Notes under the pieces: model-generated
What the model was told of the DNA's origin: nothing
What the model saw: only the letters and a program-made list of their open reading frames with translations
Database searches by the model: none
Shown here: positions 57,984 to 64,000 of the stretch, piece after piece
Position numbering within the stretch: the stretch's first letter is position 1
Layout: the number at the start of each line of letters is the position of its first letter
Virus record (IMG/VR): IMGVR_UViG_3300026518_000006
Coordinates: 124,001 to 188,000 of that record
Length of the DNA stretch: 64,000 nucleotides
Direction: 5' to 3' (one strand)
Position numbers and translations under genes: made by a program

Positions 57984-58331
57984 TTATACCCAATATTCAG
58001 GAAACTTTTTTATGTGTGCTTTTATTTCCCTTTTTATTTGTTCGGGAACTTTGGCGTTTTTGTTTGCTGTTATAATATTATGGTAATATTTAAACAAATC
58101 CACTTTATTAGTGTATAAATTTTCCATATCAGTATTAAAAGTCATATAAAATATCTTTTCAGAGCGTCTATTTAAATCCCTAAAGCCATATCTATATGAA
58201 TATGGTTTAGGGTAAGTACTAATATTCTCAATATCTTCGACTATATATATTCTATATCCAACTTTAGTTTGAGAACTTCGTATAGCATATATTTTTTGCC
58301 CAAGCTCCAATTTTTCATCGGCTTTTATCAT
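57984..58331 (-). CDS. Hypothetical protein with tag PEYWV
   Basis: ORF, terminal motif. Confidence 0.6.
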   Translation of the reverse strand: MIKADEKLELGQKIYAIRSSQTKVGYRIYIVEDIENISTYPKPYSYRYGFRDLNRRSEKIFYMTFNTDMENLYTNKVDLFKYYHNIITANKNAKVPEQIKREIKAHIKKFPEYWV

Positions 58332-58340
58332 AACAAATCC

Positions 58341-58613
58341 TTATACAAATAATTCAGGAAATATCTCTTGATATCTCATACAACTCTCTTCTAAAAATTT
58401 TAGGTTCGATGGATTTTCTGTGAGTGTAAATCCAAAAACCTTGTATGCAATATACTCTTCCAAAACATCTAAAAATAAACTTTGGGATATAGTTAATTTT
58501 TTAGAGTGTGACAGCATACCTTCACTTATGTATTGCTCTACCTGCTTTTTAACTTCAGGGTCATAACAAAACTCATCTCCAAGAGGGTCATTCATTTCGT
58601 TTTGATAATCCAT
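58341..58613 (-). CDS. Hypothetical protein with tag PELFV
   Basis: ORF, terminal motif. Confidence 0.6.
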   Translation of the reverse strand: MDYQNEMNDPLGDEFCYDPEVKKQVEQYISEGMLSHSKKLTISQSLFLDVLEEYIAYKVFGFTLTENPSNLKFLEESCMRYQEIFPELFV

Positions 58614-59186
58614 TTATTCGAGTCCAAGATAAGATAGTCTTTCCTCTGCATCAATGAGCTTAATGTAATCTTCTTGAGATAACTTATAGTCATTCAAAGT
58701 GGAAATTAACTTTCTCTTTTCCTCTTCAGATTTACCAACAACATTTATTTCGTCTAATTTCCTACAAAAATAATTGTAATCTTTTGACAACTTTGAAGTA
58801 ATATTTTTAAGCTTGTTATATTCGGCTATAACCGCTCTCCCTGTCATTGGGTTATCTTCTATTTTTAAAAACAGTCTAATGTTAATATCTCCTGTTCTAT
58901 CGAAATCATTACTATAATCTATATAGTATTTTCCTAAGAAGTACTCTCTACTTTCTTGAGAGATATCATCAAAATCATACCAATTGTAATACATTTCACC
59001 ATCAGCTTCATCATATCCTTCATCAACAATATTTCTAATATCTCTATAATCACCGTGGTTATTTGAAAACCCAAAATCAGTGAGAATATTAAAAAAATGC
59101 CCCTTATGACCATAGTGTAGGTCTGCCAAAAACTCAATAACTGCTTTAAAATCCTCTTGCTTGGTTAAATCATATGTTCCTACCAT
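58614..59186 (-). CDS. Hypothetical protein
   Basis: 190-aa ORF with RBS. Confidence 0.6.
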   Translation of the reverse strand: MVGTYDLTKQEDFKAVIEFLADLHYGHKGHFFNILTDFGFSNNHGDYRDIRNIVDEGYDEADGEMYYNWYDFDDISQESREYFLGKYYIDYSNDFDRTGDINIRLFLKIEDNPMTGRAVIAEYNKLKNITSKLSKDYNYFCRKLDEINVVGKSEEEKRKLISTLNDYKLSQEDYIKLIDAEERLSYLGLE

Positions 59187-59198
59187 AATACATCTCCT

Positions 59199-59417
59199 TT
59201 ATTCATCTATATAATCTGCATCGTGTCCGTGTCTTCGCATATCCCGCACTACTTTTCTGTGAAAGTTTGGGTCTGTTGAAGTACAACCAAAATTGATTGT
59301 GTTTCCATTTTCATCACGCCACAAATCACCGTGTTTAGCGTGCCTTACCTTTTTATACCCGTGTTTAGTGGATAGTGCCTCTAATTTTTTGATGGCTGTT
59401 GAGAGTTTCAAATGCAA
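59199..59417 (-). CDS. HicA-like small protein
   Basis: GY..VR..KH..W....G..I...T.TD....KV..D.RR pattern. Confidence 0.5.
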   Translation of the reverse strand: MHLKLSTAIKKLEALSTKHGYKKVRHAKHGDLWRDENGNTINFGCTSTDPNFHRKVVRDMRRHGHDADYIDE

Positions 59418-59510
59418 CCCTTTTGTGGTAATATAATAGTATAGTGTAAAATTATTTAAAATAAACTTAAATTATAGAGGGGATGTTGGGATTGGGAAAA
59501 GCCGATTGGC

Positions 59511-59801
59511 TTAACCCAAGATAATTTCTTGTTTTGGTACTTCAATACCTGAGATTTGTTGTAGATAGCCCTGAAGAAGGTCGTTATTTTCAGCTTCAAC
59601 AGAACATAAAATATGTTCGTTTTTCAGCTCTAATTCAGGCACATTTTGACCGATATGTGCTTCCAAGAATGGAGTTAAAAGGAATGGATTTCCATTACCA
59701 CCTTGGATGCTGTACGGTTTTTTAATAACAATGCCACTATTGGTCTGCTCTGTGTCGCCTATTAAGATTACATTGTTTGTTAAAACAGTGATTTTATTCA
59801 T
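59511..59801 (-). CDS. Sm-like hypothetical protein
   Basis: LIGD....GIVIKKPY...L.PF pattern seen in T4-like phages. Confidence 0.5.
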   Translation of the reverse strand: MNKITVLTNNVILIGDTEQTNSGIVIKKPYSIQGGNGNPFLLTPFLEAHIGQNVPELELKNEHILCSVEAENNDLLQGYLQQISGIEVPKQEIILG

Positions 59802-60088
59802 TATCTTATAGCTTTTTCTTCTTTTTCTTCTTTTTCTTCTTCATACTCAGGAGTAACTTCAGTAAATGTGCCTGTTCTTGACAACAGAAAATTAACAAGA
59901 TACTGTACAGCATAAGTTAAATCCCGTATTTCAAGTTTTTTTGCTCCAATTTTATCATTGATTTCAATGGCTTGAGTAAAAGCATTTTTACTTTCTTCGT
60001 CAAGTGAATTAAATAAATATTGTTTATTATCAATATTTACAATTTTTTGTTCTGCTTCTTGCTCAGTTTGTGGATTTGGTAGTGTCAT
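59801..60088 (-). CDS. Hypothetical protein
   Basis: ORF with RBS. Confidence 0.55.
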   Translation of the reverse strand: MTLPNPQTEQEAEQKIVNIDNKQYLFNSLDEESKNAFTQAIEINDKIGAKKLEIRDLTYAVQYLVNFLLSRTGTFTEVTPEYEEEKEEKEEKAIR

Positions 60089-60223
60089 AACTTTCCTTTT
60101 ATTTTATTTTATTTTATTTTATACCATTATCTTTAATATAAACTTAAATCATATTTTAAAACATAATAGTTTAAGTTATAATTAAATCCTTTAAGGTAAA
60201 ATAGCAGATAAAAAAGGATGTAA

Positions 60224-61030
60224 GTGATAGAGAAAAGTGAAAAACAATATCTCGATATTATGAGAGATATTCTTGATAATGGTGAGATAAAAGACACTAG
60301 AAACGGCAGAACCAAATCTATATTTGGCGCACAAATTCGTGTCACAGAGTTAAAAGAGGGTAGATTCCCCCTTATGACTTCACGAAAAAACTTCTATAAA
60401 GGCATTGCGGGTGAGTGGAGTGCTTTCCTAAATCAACCAAAAACAATCGAAGACTTCAGAAGCAGAGGGTGTAATTATTGGGATTTATGGGGTAATGAAG
60501 ATGGGTCTATAAACATTGATTATGGCAACGCTTGGTCGGCTTTTGATGGTGATGAAAACTATAATCAAATTGAGTATGTGTTAAATCTGTTGAAAAATGA
60601 CCCGAATTCAAGACGAATTATTTTTACAGGTTGGAACCCAAAGAACATTATAGATGATACTTTAAATTTACCTTGCTGTCATCATACATATCAATTTGTA
60701 GTTTCTGAGGGAAAATACCTAAATTTAAAATGGATTCAAAGAAGTGTTGATTGGGCGTTAGGCAACAATTTAACCTTAGCTTCACTGATGTTATTGAGTT
60801 TTGCACGGGCTTCAGGTTATGAAGTTGGGGAAATTCTAATGGATTATACAGATGTACACATTTACGAAGAACATTGGGAAAATGCTCGAAAACAAATTGA
60901 AGCCGAAACATTTAGATTTCCAACTTTCGCCGATACTATATCTAACGATATTTATGCTTTTAATAAAGATATGATAAATCTTCAAAACTATCAATATAGT
61001 GATAGTATCAAATATACACTAAAGGCTTAA
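60224..61030 (+). CDS. thyA: Thymidylate synthase
   Basis: DTRNGRTKSIFG, DPNSRR, LPCCH, QRSVDW..G.N, DVHIYEEH. Confidence 0.93.
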   Translation: MIEKSEKQYLDIMRDILDNGEIKDTRNGRTKSIFGAQIRVTELKEGRFPLMTSRKNFYKGIAGEWSAFLNQPKTIEDFRSRGCNYWDLWGNEDGSINIDYGNAWSAFDGDENYNQIEYVLNLLKNDPNSRRIIFTGWNPKNIIDDTLNLPCCHHTYQFVVSEGKYLNLKWIQRSVDWALGNNLTLASLMLLSFARASGYEVGEILMDYTDVHIYEEHWENARKQIEAETFRFPTFADTISNDIYAFNKDMINLQNYQYSDSIKYTLKA

Positions 61031-61031
61031 A

Positions 61032-61409
61032 ATGATTGTAGGAATGTTACTTATAGACCAAGACGATATATATGTTAGAGAGGATGGCTCTTTACCAAAA
61101 AGACCCGCTTTTGATAAAGGCTTATTATTGGGTGTTGCTACTAATCAAGTTGGTATTTGTAGTGATAACACAAAAAAGGATTTTCCCCCATCACTATTAA
61201 AGGTTATGAAAGATATAACAAATTCAGACAAAGGTGATTTGGCAATGAGTCCTGACAAGATAGATAAAAATGCCCATCTATTAATAATTAGTAGAAGTAG
61301 CGACAGTGGACTTGGGGGTAAGAAATTTCGTTTTGATAAATTCAAACGATTAGTATCTATGTATAGCCTTGAAATTTGGGTTAGAGATTATGAGAAGGAG
61401 ATAAAATGA
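61032..61409 (+). CDS. Divergent, short DHFR-like protein
   Basis: LIDQDDIYVREDGSLP.RP.FD...TNQV.IC..NT aligns loosely with the DHFR N-terminal half; adjacent to thyA. Confidence 0.4.
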   Translation: MIVGMLLIDQDDIYVREDGSLPKRPAFDKGLLLGVATNQVGICSDNTKKDFPPSLLKVMKDITNSDKGDLAMSPDKIDKNAHLLIISRSSDSGLGGKKFRFDKFKRLVSMYSLEIWVRDYEKEIK

Positions 61410-61630
61410 CACCACCTATAAATGCCCCTGAAGATAAGAATATCGAGTATGATGATTTAAGCTCTGATGGGAAAATGATTGTAAGTATTTTTGAAGAGAG
61501 TAGAAAAATAGACACATATATGAGCCAATCAGAATATGGTAGATTTATTAAACATATGTCGTTTTCAGAGCGTGAAAAACTAATTACAGAAATGTTATTT
61601 AAAATAAAACTTGAAAAGGAAAGTAGATGA
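61406..61630 (+). CDS. Hypothetical protein
   Basis: Coupled ORF. Confidence 0.5.
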   Translation: MTPPINAPEDKNIEYDDLSSDGKMIVSIFEESRKIDTYMSQSEYGRFIKHMSFSEREKLITEMLFKIKLEKESR

Positions 61631-62187
61631 ATTTTACAACAAAAGAACTTGAAGAACTAACAGAAATGTGGCTTAGAGATAGAAAGATTACAATCAATGG
61701 GGTCACTAATAGCCAAATTATTAAATTTTTAGAAGAATTTGGGGAAACTGCGTTAGGTATTTTACAAAAAGATAGTAATGAAATTAAAGATGGTTTAGGG
61801 GATATGGCTGTTGTTATGACTGCTATTACAGGGCTTATTATCCGTGATACTCCTGAATTGTCTAAAAATGGTGTGCCGAACATTTTAGATGTATATATAG
61901 AAAAAGACTATAGAAACCACTCTATTGAAACACCCGAAAGACAAGTGTTAAAGCTCATTGTATCGCTTGGAAAGACTTGTGGGTATATTGCACGGGGTAA
62001 GAACGAAGAAGCCTTTAAAATGCTTTCTGAGAACTTTGACAATATTGCACTGTTGGCTATCGCAAACGGATTTGATATTAATGAGAGTTGGAATATTGCT
62101 TATAATGAAATAAAAGACCGAAAGGGATTTTTAAACGAAGATGGGATTTTTATCAAACAGTCTGATATTGATGAAGGAAAAGCATAA
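61627..62187 (+). CDS. MazG-like nucleotide pyrophosphohydrolase
   Basis: KFLEEFGE...EIKDGLGDMAVV, AYNEIKDRKG...GIFIK. Confidence 0.82.
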   Translation: MNFTTKELEELTEMWLRDRKITINGVTNSQIIKFLEEFGETALGILQKDSNEIKDGLGDMAVVMTAITGLIIRDTPELSKNGVPNILDVYIEKDYRNHSIETPERQVLKLIVSLGKTCGYIARGKNEEAFKMLSENFDNIALLAIANGFDINESWNIAYNEIKDRKGFLNEDGIFIKQSDIDEGKA

Positions 62188-62801
62188 TGGAAAAGACTAT
62201 CATTTTAATCAACGGAAAAAAACGAAGTGGTAAAGATTTTAGTGCGGATATACTGCAAGATAAGTTGAGTAGTTTAGGAGGAGCAGATAAGATTTCTTTT
62301 GCTACTCCACTTAAACAAATTATAGCTGATACATTCAATATACCTATGGAAGACTTAGAAACCTTTAAAAATGATGTGAATGGTTATGGTATTGAGTGTA
62401 AAGCCTACCCGAACAATCAGCCTGAAGTGACATTTTTATACACAAATTTCAGAACTATTTTGCAAAGATTTGGTACAGAAGGTATGAAGCCTGTGTTCGG
62501 GAAAAGTGTTTGGGCGGATATCACCTATAAGAACTCCATTGAAAGTGACAGTAAATATATCATTATACCTGATTTTAGATTTTATGTAGAACACGATGTT
62601 TTTTATAAACCATTTAAAGAGGGGAAAATAAAGCTTGTCACCCTAAAAATAGAAAACAGTGATGTGGAGGTTGATGATGCTCACGCTTCTGAAAAAGAAC
62701 TTGATGATTTCCACTTTGATTATATTATAGATAATACAGGATATACAGAGCATCTGCCTGAGTATTTGGACAGCTTTATAGATACCCATTTAAAAGATTA
62801 A
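62187..62801 (+). CDS. Deoxynucleoside monophosphate kinase
   Basis: INGKKRSGKD, SFATPLK, RTILQRFGTE, IPDFRF..E, HASE. Confidence 0.85.
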   Translation: MEKTIILINGKKRSGKDFSADILQDKLSSLGGADKISFATPLKQIIADTFNIPMEDLETFKNDVNGYGIECKAYPNNQPEVTFLYTNFRTILQRFGTEGMKPVFGKSVWADITYKNSIESDSKYIIIPDFRFYVEHDVFYKPFKEGKIKLVTLKIENSDVEVDDAHASEKELDDFHFDYIIDNTGYTEHLPEYLDSFIDTHLKD

Positions 62802-62847
62802 TTTTTAATTTTTATAAATAACATAATAACCTTATAAGGGGACTACA

Positions 62848-63333
62848 GTGGGTATCAAGTACCAATTAAAATTAAATGAAATGCTTGGAAAATTATTGAC
62901 TAATGAGATTTCAGCAAGTTCAATGTATGTTGAGGCTTCAGGATATATAACGGATATTACTCTTTCAAAAGAAATTTTGACACACGCTGAAGAAGAATTT
63001 GGTCATTTTCAAAAACTTATGAAATTTTGTATTAATCACGGACTAAAAACAAATTATGATTTTGACAGAACTGTGATTAAGAAAGTTCCAAAGAATAAAA
63101 AGCAGATAATCAAGTTGATTCAAAATCTTGAGCAACAAGCAATACAAGATTATAAAGAGGCTACTATTTTTGCAAGACAAAATAATGATATCGAAGCTGA
63201 AGCATTATTTACTGAAATAATGAATGATGAGATAGAGCACTTTGATGATTTAGCACAAGAAACAGGTCAAACAAGAAGATTGGGCGAAGGTTTTAAAAAC
63301 TTTAAAGCTCAATTTGAAAAGATTGAGGACTAA
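62848..63333 (+). CDS. Ferritin-like (di-iron four-helix) protein
   Basis: NE...Y, EEFGH, E..A...Y, DEIEH motifs; late promoter at 62813. Confidence 0.75.
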   Translation: MGIKYQLKLNEMLGKLLTNEISASSMYVEASGYITDITLSKEILTHAEEEFGHFQKLMKFCINHGLKTNYDFDRTVIKKVPKNKKQIIKLIQNLEQQAIQDYKEATIFARQNNDIEAEALFTEIMNDEIEHFDDLAQETGQTRRLGEGFKNFKAQFEKIED

Positions 63334-63371
63334 TCAATTACCTTCGGTTAGTCCTTTTTAGTACTTAATTA

Positions 63372-63530
63372 TTAGTCGTAGTGCTCAACCTTTTTCATCT
63401 TCTTTCTGTTGTATCTCTTTTTGTTTTGTGTGTTTCGGATAGTCCCTATCTGACACTCACCACGAATACCTGCTAAAATATTCAAATCCCTTGGTTTAAC
63501 AGTCTTTTTATTTTTCTTTTTCTTAGCCAT
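63372..63530 (-). CDS. Small basic early protein (52 aa)
   Basis: True start is ATG 63530 after the RBS AAAGGA; the longer ORF call runs through the promoter. Confidence 0.6.
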   Translation of the reverse strand: MAKKKKNKKTVKPRDLNILAGIRGECQIGTIRNTQNKKRYNRKKMKKVEHYD

Positions 63531-63560
63531 TTTCAATCCTTTTATAATATTTATAAGACT

Positions 63561-63589
63561 ATTATACAATAATCTTTGAAAGAAGTCAA
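63561..63589 (-). promoter_or_regulatory. Sigma70 early promoter
   Basis: TTGACT-N17-TATAAT. Confidence 0.85.
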
Positions 63590-63629
63590 GGATTTTTGTG
63601 TATTTTTTGAGTATTTTGAGGACTTTTAA

Positions 63630-63669
63630 AGATTTTACTTTTTTAAAAAGTAAAATCTCTTGAAGAGGT
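63630..63669. repeat. Palindromic intergenic element, copy 5
   Basis: AGATTTTACTTTTTTAAAAAGTAAAATCTCTTGAAGAGG. Confidence 0.85.
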
Positions 63670-63678
63670 GAGAAAAGG

Positions 63679-63987
63679 TTATATCCCGCACTCAGGGTAA
63701 CGCTCATATATACTTAGTAGTTTTTCATTTAGGGTATCGACACTTTTTTGTAGGCTTTCGTTTTCTTTCTGTAGAGATTCTATTATGTCTTGAGAATATT
63801 CCACCTCTCCATTTAAATCTTTAATTTCATTGATAGCCACATCTATCTGAAGTTCAAATTCTTTAATTTCTTCATTTGTTTTTTCGATAATAGAACAAAG
63901 TGGACATTCCATACCGTATCCGATAATGGGGTTATGTCTATTGGCAAAATCACCAACACACACCCACAAAAATTCTTCATCTTCCAC
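63679..63987 (-). CDS. Coiled-coil protein with Zn-like motif and tag PECGI
   Basis: C...H....CPLC, terminal motif. Confidence 0.6.
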   Translation of the reverse strand: MEDEEFLWVCVGDFANRHNPIIGYGMECPLCSIIEKTNEEIKEFELQIDVAINEIKDLNGEVEYSQDIIESLQKENESLQKSVDTLNEKLLSIYERYPECGI

Positions 63988-64000
63988 GATAGAATGTAGG

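Noticed and set aside
533-61883. Many short ORFs antisense to or nested in long genes (for example 533-724, 2448-2732, 10972-11349, 53348-53638)
   Set aside because: Shadow ORFs with no RBS or promoter and atypical composition.
60224-62801. DNA hypermodification cluster
   Set aside because: ThyA keeps the standard catalytic motifs, and no glycosyltransferase, queuosine-pathway or hydroxymethylase gene is recognisable here.
10944-63669. Palindromic repeats as a CRISPR array or IS ends
   Set aside because: Copies are kilobases apart, no transposase is present, and I saw no target-site duplications.

Overview
AT-rich segment of a large lytic T4-like myophage. Gene content and promoter style point to a Campylobacter-phage-like virus with a probable Campylobacterota host (inference). 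Replication and nucleotide genes: nrdA, rnh, gp32, gp45, uvsW, gp41, gp62, thyA, dNMP kinase and a MazG-like enzyme. Morphogenesis genes: terminase gp17, neck gp14, two gp23/gp24-family capsid paralogs and a fibre/Ig module. There are also many small accessory ORFs. Main observations: (1) Three essential genes are fractured by four naturally split inteins, each fracture holding a free-standing endonuclease of a different family. The large terminase is in four ORFs, needs a three-piece double trans-splice, and has a third break with a catalytically dead intein-like tail. (2) At least 18 unrelated small early-type proteins share a C-terminal tag, P-E-[YF]-x-[IV]-stop, with a near-invariant RTA last codon. 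(3) A ~300-nt candidate structured RNA, with a 28-bp closing stem and about 11 AAAG heptads, lies between a coiled-coil gene and an SPFH gene. (4) A palindromic element recurs five times in the same orientation. (5) Lesions are concentrated in accessory genes. All assignments come from reading motifs by eye; no database search was run.
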